Below, one piece after another: positions 20,135 through 31,188 of a stretch of 64,000 bases of DNA (positions are counted from its first letter, which is position 1; each line of letters opens with the position of its first letter). Origin of the DNA: Candidatus Bathyarchaeia archaeon (GTDB taxonomy: Archaea; Thermoproteota; Bathyarchaeia; Bathyarchaeales; Bathycorpusculaceae); assembly GCA_038727135.1 (NCBI GenBank), contig JAVYWL010000001.1, positions 672,001 to 736,000 of the forward strand. Reading direction: 5' to 3'. Below the pieces are notes generated by a model, which ran no database searches, was not told the DNA's origin, and saw nothing but the letters and a program-made list of their open reading frames with translations. The position numbers and the translations under genes were made by a program.

Positions 20135-21433
20135 TTGAGGATAGGCTTTTTTGTCTGGGAGTATCCGCCAGCCCTTGTAGGCGGCTTAGGTACATACGCC
20201 GAATACATTACCCGTGAATTTGTAGCCATGGGCAACGATGTGACGGTTTTCACGTTGAATCCTGGTAACCTAAAGACCAGGGAGATTATAAAGGGTGTTG
20301 AGGTTCATAGGCCGTTGATTGCGGATGCGAGCAACGTCTTTCCAATGTTTGTTATAGACGACTTGAAAAAGTGGGGTACAAACATACGCTTGTTCAATGA
20401 CATTTTCATTTACAATGTTTTGAGCGCCACCAAATTCATTAACAGCATGCTGAAAAAAGAAGGATGTGTTTATGATGTTGTTTGCGTTCATGACTGGCTG
20501 AGTAGCATAGCAGGAATCATAATAAAAAATGAGACAAAAGTTCCGGTTGTCTTTCACGTTCACAGCACGGAGTGGGGAAGAAGTGGAGGGCAAGGCTCAG
20601 AGGTTGTCTCCTATCTTGAGTCAGCTATGGCACAGAGGGCTGACAGAATAATAACTGTTAGCCACGCAATGCAGGAAGATTTAGTCCGCCACGGCTGGCC
20701 TAAAGCTAAAATTAGTGTTGTTTGGAACGGTGTCGACCCTGAGCGTTATAATCCTAAAAAGTGTAAGCCAGAAGATGTTGAGGCGGTTCGAAGCCGGTAT
20801 GGCATTAAATCCGATGAAAAGATGGTCCTTTTTCTTGGAAGGCTGACTTGGGTTAAAGGCGTAATAAACCTTGTTCAAGCTATGCCCATGGTTCTGGCGG
20901 AATATCCAAAAACTAAGCTTGTTATTTTAGGCAAGGGAGAACAGCAAAACGACATTGTTGAGGCTGCCGCTAGGCTTGGAATAGGCGACAAGCTGATTTG
21001 CAGATTTGACTTCGTGCCGGAAAAAGAGCGCATATTACATTATGCAGCGGCTGATGTCTGTGTTTTTCCATCCACCTACGAGCCCTTTGGCATAGTTAGC
21101 CTAGAGGCTATGGCTATGGAAAAGCCGATTGTTGTTGGCGCCCAAGGCGTTGTAGGCTTCAGAGAGCAAGTCGTACCCTTTGGGCCGGACCAAAATGGTG
21201 TTCATGTGAATGGTGGAAATCCAGCTGACATAGCTTGGGGGATAAAGGAGGTTTTATGCGACCCTGAAAGAGCCAAGAGGTGGGGAGAAAACGGCAGAAA
21301 AAGAGTGTTACAGTATTTCACTTGGAGGAAGGCTGCCGAACAAACCCTACAGATTTACGAGATGCTCCAGCATAAGCCGGAACACGAAGAAGCAAGAGTT
21401 GTTGACTTGCTGGAGAAGATAACTCAAAAATAA
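20135..21433 (+). CDS. GT4 glycosyltransferase (glycogen synthase-like)
   Basis: WEYPPALVGGLG, HDW, HSTE, PSTYEPFGIVSLEAMA. Confidence 0.92.
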   Translation: MRIGFFVWEYPPALVGGLGTYAEYITREFVAMGNDVTVFTLNPGNLKTREIIKGVEVHRPLIADASNVFPMFVIDDLKKWGTNIRLFNDIFIYNVLSATKFINSMLKKEGCVYDVVCVHDWLSSIAGIIIKNETKVPVVFHVHSTEWGRSGGQGSEVVSYLESAMAQRADRIITVSHAMQEDLVRHGWPKAKISVVWNGVDPERYNPKKCKPEDVEAVRSRYGIKSDEKMVLFLGRLTWVKGVINLVQAMPMVLAEYPKTKLVILGKGEQQNDIVEAAARLGIGDKLICRFDFVPEKERILHYAAADVCVFPSTYEPFGIVSLEAMAMEKPIVVGAQGVVGFREQVVPFGPDQNGVHVNGGNPADIAWGIKEVLCDPERAKRWGENGRKRVLQYFTWRKAAEQTLQIYEMLQHKPEHEEARVVDLLEKITQK

Positions 21434-21455
21434 ATGGAAAGTGGCGGGTTCAAAG

Positions 21456-22685
21456 TTAGGACTTGCGAGCCGCAGCCTTTTCTAGGGCTACTACGCCAGG
21501 GAGTTTCTTGCCCATTAGAAATTCTATTAGGGCTCCGCCTGCTGTGCTCACATAGGATATTTTGTTGGATAGGCCCAACTCTTGTAGGGCTGCTATTGTG
21601 TGGCCTCCACCAGCTAGGGAGAAGGCCTTCGAGTTTGCGATTTCTTCAAAGATTTTTCTTGTTCCGTAGATGAATTCGCTGTTTTCGAAGACTCCCATTG
21701 GTCCACTTACCACTATGGATTTGGCGTTGCGTATTATTTTTGCATAGTTTTCAACGGTTTTTGCTCCGATGTCGAATATTGGGTAGTCTGTGGGCAGTTT
21801 TTCCACGGGGATTTCCTTTCGCTTTTTCTCCACTTCCACTGCCACGTCTGCTGGAACCTTAATTTTGTCTGGATACTTTTTCATCAGTTCTTTTATTCCA
21901 GGAACTAAGCCCATCAGTTTTTTCTCTTCTAGGAATTTCATGTTGGGCTTGCCTAGGTCGTATCCCTTTGCCACTAGGAAGACGTGGCCGACAACGCCGC
22001 CGGTTAGCACGTAGTCTGCTATTCCGTTGTCCAAAACGTATTTTGAGATTTCAAGGGAGTCGTCTGCCTTGGCGCCGCCAAGCACGTATACGCATGGTTT
22101 TTCCGGGTTTTCCAGCACTCTGCTTAGGGATTTTAGCTCCCTCTCCATTATTCTTCCGGCGACGCTTGGCAGAACAGCCGTAAAGCCGACCATTGAGACG
22201 TGGGCTCTGTGGGCTGCAGCGAAGGCGTCGTTTACGAATATGTCTGCCAGTGGTGCCAGTGTCTTTACAAGCTCTGTTTTGGCGTGTTCTTCTGGTGTGC
22301 CCTCCTTTGTTTCTCCGGCAAAGTTTCTAACGTTGTCCAGAACTAGGATTTCGCCGCTTTTCAGCTCCTTAATCGCTTTTTGGGCTTTCTCTCCGAAGAC
22401 GTCGTCCACAAATTTTACTGGTTTGCCCAAGACTTTGCCTAGGATTTCAGCATGCTCTTTTAATGGTATGAAGTCTGGGTCGCCTTTTCTCCCTTGGTGG
22501 GCGATTACTACGACCTTTGCCCCTTTTTGGGCTAGCTCTTTTATGGTGGTTTCGCCATGCGCCCTAATCCTTGTGTCATCTAGAACTTTCTTTGTTTCTG
22601 GGTCTACTGGAGAGTTGAAATCAACTCTTACGAGAACAACTTTGTTTTTCACGTCAACGTCGTCTAGGGTTAAATATTTAGCCAT
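21456..22685 (-). CDS. pgk: Phosphoglycerate kinase, archaeal type
   Basis: RVDFNSP, AHQGR, NDAFAAAHR, GGAK, GPMGVFE, STAGGA. Confidence 0.97.
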   Translation of the reverse strand: MAKYLTLDDVDVKNKVVLVRVDFNSPVDPETKKVLDDTRIRAHGETTIKELAQKGAKVVVIAHQGRKGDPDFIPLKEHAEILGKVLGKPVKFVDDVFGEKAQKAIKELKSGEILVLDNVRNFAGETKEGTPEEHAKTELVKTLAPLADIFVNDAFAAAHRAHVSMVGFTAVLPSVAGRIMERELKSLSRVLENPEKPCVYVLGGAKADDSLEISKYVLDNGIADYVLTGGVVGHVFLVAKGYDLGKPNMKFLEEKKLMGLVPGIKELMKKYPDKIKVPADVAVEVEKKRKEIPVEKLPTDYPIFDIGAKTVENYAKIIRNAKSIVVSGPMGVFENSEFIYGTRKIFEEIANSKAFSLAGGGHTIAALQELGLSNKISYVSTAGGALIEFLMGKKLPGVVALEKAAARKS

Positions 22686-22755
22686 ATGTGTCCCTCTTCG
22701 TTTTAGAGCAGAAAAATAGAGGGGTTGTTCGCTTTTAAGTTTTATATTCGCCTTG

Positions 22756-23769
<1,014 letters not shown>

Positions 23770-23861
23770 TTAAATCACCATTCTACGCTAAATTTCGGAT
23801 ATTAATGGAACCAGTTCTCTTAATTAATTTTCCGACAGAAATAAAAAGAAAGGAATGGGTT

Positions 23862-25208
23862 TTATCGGAGTTTCATGAGAACCATTTCAGCAGCCAAAAC
23901 AAGGGGCTCCCATGTTTCGCAAAGGGGCGGCGCATAGGCTGTGTCGGCTTTGGCTAGCTCCCGCACAGTCATCTGTTTTTGTATGGCGAATGAAACGGCG
24001 TTTATGCGTTGGGTTACCTCTTCTCCGCCTATGATTTGGGCTCCAATAATGCGTTGTGACTCTTTTTCGACGACAAGCTTAACTTTTATTGGTAGGGCGC
24101 CCGGGTAATAATCCGCCTTGGTCTTGGACGATATTGTTCCGGTGACGGTTTCTATTCTTGCTCTTTGGGCTGCCGCCTCTGTTAAGCCTGTAACGCCCAC
24201 TTGCGTGTCGTAGAGCTGGGTTACAGCGGAGCCTAAAACGCCAGTGAATAGTGCATAGCCACCAGCGGCGTTTATCCCCGCCACTTTTCCCTGTCTCACA
24301 GCAACTGTTCCGAGTTGTTGCAGTGCGGGTCTCTGTGTGACAATGTGAGTGGATTCCGCGCAGTCACCTACCGCGTAAACATCTTTAACGCTGGTTTCCA
24401 TTCTGGCGTTTGTTTTGATGGCTCTTGTCTCGCCTAGGGCTATTCCAGCGTCCACGGCGAGTTGCGTGTTTGCCCTAACACCAAAGGCGCTGACGAAAAG
24501 ATCTGCGTTTATTTGTTCTCCTCCAGCCACTATGCCCGTCACCTTGTCTGTTCCGAGAAATTCTTCAACTGGCTTGTTGGTTAGAATCCGTATGCCTTTT
24601 TGCTCCAGCATTTCTTGAACCATTTTTGCTATGTCTGCGTCAAGCATGGCTGGCAAAACTTGGGGAAGCATTTCCACAACCGTCACCTTTAAGCCTCTTT
24701 CTTGTAGCGCTACTGCGGTTTCTAAGCCTATGAGTCCAGCACCCATGACAACAGCTGTTTTTGCGCCTTCACGGATTGCTTGGTCTATTCGCTGTCCATC
24801 CTCAATAGTCCTTAAGGGGATTATTCCCTGTTTTTCTCTTCCCTTTATTGGTGGTGTGAAAGCGCTTGCTCCCGCGGCTATTATTAGGCTGTCGTAGGGG
24901 ATTTCCTCGGTGTTTCCAGCCTTGTCCACTGTTAGCACAGTCTTTTTGCCCGTATCAATTTTTGTCGCTTTGGTTTCTGTTTTTAGGTTTAGTTTCATCA
25001 TTTGGAAGTAGCTCGGCGGGAAAACTATGAGGTTGCTGAAGCTTGGTATGTGTCCGCCTATGACGAAGGGTAAACCGCAACGGGAGTATCCTGCATACTT
25101 CTCATCAGTTATTAGGGTGATTTCGGCTGTGCGGTCTGTCTTTCTGGCGGCTGAGGCTGCATCTACACCGGCAGCGTGCGCCCCAATTATGACTATGCGT
25201 CTTGGCAA
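23862..25208 (-). CDS. NADH oxidase/CoA-disulfide reductase family flavoprotein
   Basis: YSRCGLP single redox Cys, GAGLIGLE, YAVGDC, YYPG, YAPP. Confidence 0.88.
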   Translation of the reverse strand: MPRRIVIIGAHAAGVDAASAARKTDRTAEITLITDEKYAGYSRCGLPFVIGGHIPSFSNLIVFPPSYFQMMKLNLKTETKATKIDTGKKTVLTVDKAGNTEEIPYDSLIIAAGASAFTPPIKGREKQGIIPLRTIEDGQRIDQAIREGAKTAVVMGAGLIGLETAVALQERGLKVTVVEMLPQVLPAMLDADIAKMVQEMLEQKGIRILTNKPVEEFLGTDKVTGIVAGGEQINADLFVSAFGVRANTQLAVDAGIALGETRAIKTNARMETSVKDVYAVGDCAESTHIVTQRPALQQLGTVAVRQGKVAGINAAGGYALFTGVLGSAVTQLYDTQVGVTGLTEAAAQRARIETVTGTISSKTKADYYPGALPIKVKLVVEKESQRIIGAQIIGGEEVTQRINAVSFAIQKQMTVRELAKADTAYAPPLCETWEPLVLAAEMVLMKLR

Positions 25209-25211
25209 GGG

Positions 25212-25631
25212 CTATTTCCCTTCTTTAATTAGGCTTTTGTGCCACTCAACAGCTGCGTTGAAGTCCATTAGGTTTTTTAGCTCCGCCTCTAGGTTTGAGG
25301 GCTTTATGACGAGAAGCCAACCCTTCCCATAGGGGTCTTCGTTTAAAAGTTCTGGTTTCGATTGAACTTCTGTGTTGACTTCCTCTATTGTTCCGCTTAC
25401 CGGCGCCACAAGGTCTGAAACTGCTTTTACAGATTCAACGGTACCATATGGCTCGTTTTGTTTTGTGGTGGCTCCGGGGCTTGGCAACTCTGCGTAAACA
25501 ATTTCTCTTAGCTGTTTTTGGGCGTAGTCTGTTATGCCGACGCGAACTTTGTCGCCTTCAATTTTGAGCCATTCAAAATCCTTTGAGTAATATAGTCCTT
25601 CTGGAACTTCATATCCGTCAACTTTAACCAC
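25212..25631 (-). CDS. gcvH: Glycine cleavage system H protein
   Basis: VGITDYAQ, VESVKAVSD lipoyl-lysine motif, NEDPYGKGWL. Confidence 0.96.
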   Translation of the reverse strand: MVKVDGYEVPEGLYYSKDFEWLKIEGDKVRVGITDYAQKQLREIVYAELPSPGATTKQNEPYGTVESVKAVSDLVAPVSGTIEEVNTEVQSKPELLNEDPYGKGWLLVIKPSNLEAELKNLMDFNAAVEWHKSLIKEGK

Positions 25632-25860
25632 GACATTCCACCTCGCGTGTAGTTGTTAATCTTCTATTTTTAAGCCTTTAAAATTAACTGTTTAATCGTT
25701 TGGGAGGTCATATTTGTGGTTGGAAATTAAGCGGCAAATACGATACCCATTCTAGATTTTCTAACAATTTAGGTTGTGGTGAAAGCCTAAATTGGCTACT
25801 CTATATTTTTCAGTTCATATGGGTCTGCACAAAAGTTGTGGGATTTAGAAAAATTTAAAA

Positions 25861-27576
25861 ATGAAAATCTCACACCCGTATCCGGTGACCTTTGTGTTTA
25901 AGAGGAAAACCATTCTAGTGGCGTTTGTGGTTTCGCTGCTTTGCATGGCTTTTATCGCTTCACTCTCGTATGCTTACTTGAAAACAGATGTCAAGACGAG
26001 TTTTCTGAGGGATGCGAATAGGAACAAAATTTTCGACGATTTGGAGCATGTTATGGCTGGCTGTAGGGAAGACAGTCTTGTGGATGTGATTGTTTTATTT
26101 AAGAAGATGCCTTCAGAACCATTTTTGAGGAATCTTCAAAGCAAAATAGGCTCGTTTAGAATAAAGTCTCAATGGACTATTGTTCCGGGCATTGCGGCTT
26201 CGCTTACGCCTGGTCAGGTTAGGGCTCTCTCGCTTATTGATGACGTTGTGCAAATAGAGCATGATGCGCCAGTTTATGCATGTTTGAACACGGCGACTTA
26301 TTGGTATGGCATTCAAAAAGCCAGGGCGGATTTTGGTTTGGACGGAGATAGGGATGGTTCACCGGCAACTTACACCAAAGATGATATTGTCGTAGCTATA
26401 ATTGATACCGGAATAGATCCAAACCATGTGGACTTGGACGGCGGGAAAATAATTGGATGGAAGGATTTTATAAATGGGCGAACAACACCTTACGATGACA
26501 ATGGACACGGGACTCATTGTGCATCAATAGCGGCTGGGACAGGTGAAGGAAATCCAAGCTATAAAGGTGTGGCGCCAGGGGCTGCGCTCGTCGGTGTCAA
26601 AGTGCTTGACTCAGCAGGTTCAGGAACGTTAAGTGGGGTGACTGATGGCATAAACTGGGCTGTAGCTAACAAAGACGTGTATGAAATAGAAATCTTGTCC
26701 TTAAGCTTAGGTACTTCAGGCAGCTCTGACGGCACCGACGCTGTTTCAGTTGCGTGCAATAACGCTGTTGACCAAGGTTTAGTAGTTGTAGTTGCGGCTG
26801 GAAACAGTGGACCAAAAACTTACACTATAGGCTCTCCGGGCGCAGCTGAAAAAGTCATAACAGTAGGCTCCATTGCTGATGTTGGACAGAAAGGCTTCTT
26901 TTTAAATTCCTGGTCAAGTAGAGGGCCTACAGCGGATGGCAGGATCAAGCCAGATGTATGTGCACCAGGATATTTAATAATGGCCGCTAAAGCGGGAACA
27001 ACAAACGGCTATGTTGAATACAGCGGCACAAGCATGGCAACGCCTTTCGTGGCAGGCACTGTTGCGTTGATGCTGGACGCTAACCCCTCGTTAACTCCAT
27101 TGCAGATTAAAAGTATAATTTCAACAACATCCATAGATTTTGGTCCTTCTGGAAAGGACATAGATTATGGCTGGGGAAGACTTGATGGTTATGAAGCCGT
27201 TAAAGCGGCTGGGGGCTACATTGGGACGGGCATAGCAGTGCCAAATCATTTCGCGTTCACTGAAACACTTGCCAGGACGGGGGCCTATGATCTTTGGAAG
27301 ATAACAGTGACAACGACGAGTTATCCGATTGCCATAACATTAATAATGCCGTCGTGGAGCAGCGCGACAAGACCTAACTTTAACATATACCTCTACAATC
27401 CTTCCGGAAGCCTTATCGCCTCATCCACCGGGACCACGCGACAAGAGATTATCGCTACAACCATAACGGCGACTGGCACCTACACCTTGCGGGTTTACTC
27501 TTCATCTAGTTCTGGAACGTACTATCTCGACATCAGCGCCGGCGCTTCCAATGTTTACATATCTTACAACGGCTAA
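25861..27576 (+). CDS. Secreted S8 subtilisin-like serine protease with C-terminal PPC-like domain
   Basis: Signal/TM segment, IDTGID, HGTH, AAGNSG, SGTSMATP. Confidence 0.95.
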   Translation: MKISHPYPVTFVFKRKTILVAFVVSLLCMAFIASLSYAYLKTDVKTSFLRDANRNKIFDDLEHVMAGCREDSLVDVIVLFKKMPSEPFLRNLQSKIGSFRIKSQWTIVPGIAASLTPGQVRALSLIDDVVQIEHDAPVYACLNTATYWYGIQKARADFGLDGDRDGSPATYTKDDIVVAIIDTGIDPNHVDLDGGKIIGWKDFINGRTTPYDDNGHGTHCASIAAGTGEGNPSYKGVAPGAALVGVKVLDSAGSGTLSGVTDGINWAVANKDVYEIEILSLSLGTSGSSDGTDAVSVACNNAVDQGLVVVVAAGNSGPKTYTIGSPGAAEKVITVGSIADVGQKGFFLNSWSSRGPTADGRIKPDVCAPGYLIMAAKAGTTNGYVEYSGTSMATPFVAGTVALMLDANPSLTPLQIKSIISTTSIDFGPSGKDIDYGWGRLDGYEAVKAAGGYIGTGIAVPNHFAFTETLARTGAYDLWKITVTTTSYPIAITLIMPSWSSATRPNFNIYLYNPSGSLIASSTGTTRQEIIATTITATGTYTLRVYSSSSSGTYYLDISAGASNVYISYNG

Positions 27577-27764
27577 ACTTAAAACCTCGCCCACTTTTCT
27601 TTTATCTTATGTCAATTTTGTTGTTGACGGCAAACTGCAAAATTGATAGCCCCCTCTAGATTTTCCCTTTTAAAGAGGCTTTACCTCATGTTCGCAGCTG
27701 TTTTGCTTTAGAAAATGTTTAATTAACTGGTTTGATGTAAAGCTGTGCAGATGGAAGGATAAAT

Positions 27765-28136
27765 TTGAGCGAAGAGTTGGCTAAACTTCCTCCACAGGTT
27801 CAGGAGCGCCTCTTAAGGCTTCAGCAGTTGCAGCAGACGTTGCAGTCTGTTTTGGCTCAGAAGCAGCAGGTGGAATTGGAGCTAACAGAGATTGAGCAGG
27901 CTTTAAGTGAGCTGCAAAAGGTTGCAGACGAGGCTGTTATTTATAAGGCGATAGGCTCGCTTTTGGTTAAAACTGACAAGGCGAAGGTGACAGCCGACCT
28001 AAACGAGCGCAAAGAACTGCTTAACATGCGAGCCTCAGTTTTGGGCAAGCAGGAAGAACGTCTCCGAAGCCAAATGAAGGAATTGCAAGCAAAGCTTCAG
28101 CAGGATTTAGCCCCTGTTTCGAGCACACAGCCATAG
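27765..28136 (+). CDS. pfdB: Prefoldin subunit beta
   Basis: LPPQVQ, two coiled coils around YKAIGSLLV hairpin. Confidence 0.93.
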   Translation: MSEELAKLPPQVQERLLRLQQLQQTLQSVLAQKQQVELELTEIEQALSELQKVADEAVIYKAIGSLLVKTDKAKVTADLNERKELLNMRASVLGKQEERLRSQMKELQAKLQQDLAPVSSTQP

Positions 28137-28165
28137 GCAAAGAGCATTAAGAGGCTTGGTGAAGC

Positions 28166-28468
28166 TTGGAAGATATAGGCTTGCCAGAGTTAACTCCAGA
28201 ACAGATAGAGGAGTTATGTTCAAAAGCCGAGGAGGCTGCAAGAGAGTATGTGCTATCTAAAGTTCCGCCCAAACAAGTTGAAACATTAAACATAAGTGTT
28301 GAAACAGACGGCGAGAAACCCTTAACATTGACTGTTGATGTTGAGATAGTCTTGTCGCCGCTGATGCAGGAATATGATGTTCAAAGGCTTGCGGATGAAG
28401 CCGTAAAAGAGGCGTTCAGGTCGGCTGAGAAATACTTGAGGGAACTTAAGTGTCGTTTGCAGAAGTAA
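28166..28468 (+). CDS. DUF3194-like small acidic protein
   Basis: GLPELT..AEEAAREY..LADEAV; typical position after pfdB. Confidence 0.7.
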   Translation: MEDIGLPELTPEQIEELCSKAEEAAREYVLSKVPPKQVETLNISVETDGEKPLTLTVDVEIVLSPLMQEYDVQRLADEAVKEAFRSAEKYLRELKCRLQK

Positions 28469-29460
28469 CCCGCGTATTAGATGTGACAAATGCCCAGCAT
28501 ATAATCTTGTTGTGCCATCATAATGCGGATCCGGACGCCATATGCTCGGCTTTTGCTCTGGCAAGTCTGCTTAAAAAGTGTAGACCACAAGTCAATGTTG
28601 AAATTGGAGCGGCGCAAGGGATAAGCCGCCTTTCAAAACACATTTTAAAATATTTGCCGATAAACGTGGAAACCCAGCCCAACGTGGAAGGTGCAGATTT
28701 GCTAATTCTCTTGGATACAAACACTATTCAACAGTTGAACAACCTTGCGGAGAAGGTGAAGGCTTCAAAGGCGCCTTTAATTGTCATTGATCATCATGCG
28801 ACTCATCCAGAAACCGAGAAGATGGCAAGGCTTTGCATCACAGATGAAAATGTTTCTTCAACATGTGAAATAATCTACAGCTTTTACAAGCAGTCAGGCG
28901 TTAAAATCGAGGAGAACGAAGCTAAAGCGCTTTTCTTGGGCATAGCCTTCGACACCCGCCACTTTGTTTTGGCAAACTCCTCAACACTGAAAACAATTGC
29001 AGAGTTGATAGACGCTGGAGTAAACGTCCAAGAGGCACTGGCAATTTTATCCTTGCCAATGGATTTTTCAGAAAGGGTTGCGAGGCTTAAGGCTTGTAAG
29101 AGGGCTAAGCTCTTCAAAATAGGCGAGTGGATAATCGCCTTGTCGCATGTTAGTGCCTTTCAAGCTTCAGCAGCCCGTGCCATAATAGACCTCGGAGCGC
29201 ATGTGGCGGTTGTTGCTGGACAGAAAAATGAAAGTCTGGAGATAAGCCTCCGCTGCACCAAGGAATTTCATGAAAAGACGGGAATTCACCTTGGAAGGGA
29301 CATAGCCAAGCCTTTAGGTGAATACCTTAACGGCATGGGCGGGGGGCACGCGACAGCAGCTGGTGTCAACGGTTTTGGAGAACTTGAAGCTGGGCTTAAG
29401 CGTTGTTTGAGGCTTTTGAAGGAAAAGATAGTGGCAACACAGCAGAAAACTCAAAATTAA
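28450..29460 (+). CDS. DHH family phosphoesterase (NrnA-like)
   Basis: HHNADPDA, IDHH, SSTCE, GGGH. Confidence 0.92.
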   Translation: MSFAEVTRVLDVTNAQHIILLCHHNADPDAICSAFALASLLKKCRPQVNVEIGAAQGISRLSKHILKYLPINVETQPNVEGADLLILLDTNTIQQLNNLAEKVKASKAPLIVIDHHATHPETEKMARLCITDENVSSTCEIIYSFYKQSGVKIEENEAKALFLGIAFDTRHFVLANSSTLKTIAELIDAGVNVQEALAILSLPMDFSERVARLKACKRAKLFKIGEWIIALSHVSAFQASAARAIIDLGAHVAVVAGQKNESLEISLRCTKEFHEKTGIHLGRDIAKPLGEYLNGMGGGHATAAGVNGFGELEAGLKRCLRLLKEKIVATQQKTQN

Positions 29461-29497
29461 GTAGTTACTCTTAAATGGCAAAGTTTTTGGTTAGGAT

Positions 29498-30367
29498 GTG
29501 GTGGAAAAACCAAGCATGCCAATAATCGAGACAAAAAACCTAACATACACGTATCCGGGCGCCACAAAACCATCAATTAGAGATGTTTCCATAAAAATTG
29601 AGAAGGGCGAATTCGTTCTGATAACCGGACCAAGCGGCTGCGGAAAAACAACCTTATGCAGATGCTTTAACGGTTTGATTCCCCATTTTTACCAAGGCGA
29701 ATTGAAAGGCGAAATAACCGTCGCTGGTTTAAAGGTTCCGGAACATCAAATATACGAGTTGGCAACTCACGTGGGGATGGTCTTCCAAAACCCGGAAAAC
29801 CAGCTTTTCGCCTTATCAGTTGAAAAAGATGTAGCCTTCGGACTTGAAAACCTTGGATTTCCAAGGGAAGAGATCCGCAAAAGGGTGGACTGGGCGCTTA
29901 GGCTTACTGGAATATACGAACTGCGGGAACGCACACCAACGGAGCTTTCCGGCGGGCAGCAGCAGCGGGTTGCCATAGCTTCTGTTTTAGCTATGCAGCC
30001 AGAAGTCATAGTCCTCGACGAGCCAACTTCCTTTCTTGACCCGCTGGGCGCCAAGAGAATTTTTGAGGTTATCTATGAGCTTAACAGGAAGCTTGGAGTA
30101 ACCATAGTTCTTGTCGAGCATAGGCTTGATTTGACAGCAAAATACGCAGACCACATCATAATAATGGATGACGGCAAAGTTGTTTTGGACGGGGAGCCCC
30201 ATGAAATCCTAAGCTCTGAGGAAGCCCGCCTAATTGGTGTTGGGATTCCAAAGGCGACGCGCCTCTACCAAATACTGAAAAGCGATGGGATAAAGCTGGG
30301 CGGAAAAGTGCCATTGTCTTCCGATGAGATGGCTGAAATGGTTAGGGAGGCGCTTAAACGCTTATGA
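29498..30367 (+). CDS. ecfA1: ECF transporter ATPase A
   Basis: GPSGCGKT, FQNPENQ, LSGGQQQR, LDEPT. Confidence 0.93.
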   Translation: MVEKPSMPIIETKNLTYTYPGATKPSIRDVSIKIEKGEFVLITGPSGCGKTTLCRCFNGLIPHFYQGELKGEITVAGLKVPEHQIYELATHVGMVFQNPENQLFALSVEKDVAFGLENLGFPREEIRKRVDWALRLTGIYELRERTPTELSGGQQQRVAIASVLAMQPEVIVLDEPTSFLDPLGAKRIFEVIYELNRKLGVTIVLVEHRLDLTAKYADHIIIMDDGKVVLDGEPHEILSSEEARLIGVGIPKATRLYQILKSDGIKLGGKVPLSSDEMAEMVREALKRL

Positions 30368-31188
30368 TTGAGGTTCAAGACGTCTACTTTAAATATCCGA
30401 GCGGGGTGGAAGCGCTAAAGGGGGTTTCCCTAACAATTCGAGACGGCGAATTTGTAGCTATAATGGGCGAAAATGGGGCTGGGAAAACAACCCTTGTAAA
30501 ACACTTTAATGGACTGTTAAAGCCAACAGCCGGTAAAGTGCTTGTGGACGGCGTGGAAACAACAAAGGTGAGCGTTGCAACCCTAGCCAGAAAGGTTGGC
30601 TTCGTCTTCCAAAACCCAGACCATCAACTTTTCAGCGAAACCGTTGAGGAGGAAATAGCCTTTGCCCTAAAAAACTTCGGCTTCAGCCAAGACGTAATAG
30701 AAAAGCGGGTGACATGGGCGCTTAACCTTCTAGGCTTGACACAGTACCGGAAAACTTCACCCTTCATGCTCAGCGGAGGCGAAAGAAAACGGGTGGCACT
30801 GGCTTCAGTGCTTGCATGGGACCCTAAAATCTTGATTTTAGACGAACCCACCATCGGGCAAGATTACCAACAGAAGGAGAAACTCCGCCAATTCATTCTA
30901 CAATTGAAGGCTCAAGGAAAAACTGTTGTTATTGTGACGCATGACGTGGAGTTTGTGGCTGAATGCAACCCGAGAGTTGTGCTCATGCGGAGCGGAAAAA
31001 TTGTTGCGGATGGCGAAGCAAGAAAAATCCTAACAGACCCAGAAATACTTGAACAAGCCTCCATAGTGCCGCCCCAAATAGCTCAAATCTTCATAAACTT
31101 GGCGGATTTAGGCTTTCCAAAAGATGTCATAGACGTTTACGAAGCAAGAGAAATCCTTCTAAAAGCCTTCCGGAGGCACCAAGCATGA
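30364..31188 (+). CDS. ecfA2: ECF transporter ATPase A'
   Basis: GENGAGKT, FQNPDHQ, SPFMLSGGERKR. Confidence 0.93.
   Translation: MIEVQDVYFKYPSGVEALKGVSLTIRDGEFVAIMGENGAGKTTLVKHFNGLLKPTAGKVLVDGVETTKVSVATLARKVGFVFQNPDHQLFSETVEEEIAFALKNFGFSQDVIEKRVTWALNLLGLTQYRKTSPFMLSGGERKRVALASVLAWDPKILILDEPTIGQDYQQKEKLRQFILQLKAQGKTVVIVTHDVEFVAECNPRVVLMRSGKIVADGEARKILTDPEILEQASIVPPQIAQIFINLADLGFPKDVIDVYEAREILLKAFRRHQA

Noticed and set aside
22027-22719. 230-aa ORF antisense to pgk, and the many other 60-150 aa overlapping ORFs in the track
   Set aside because: Shadow frames of well-supported genes, with no motifs or translation signals.
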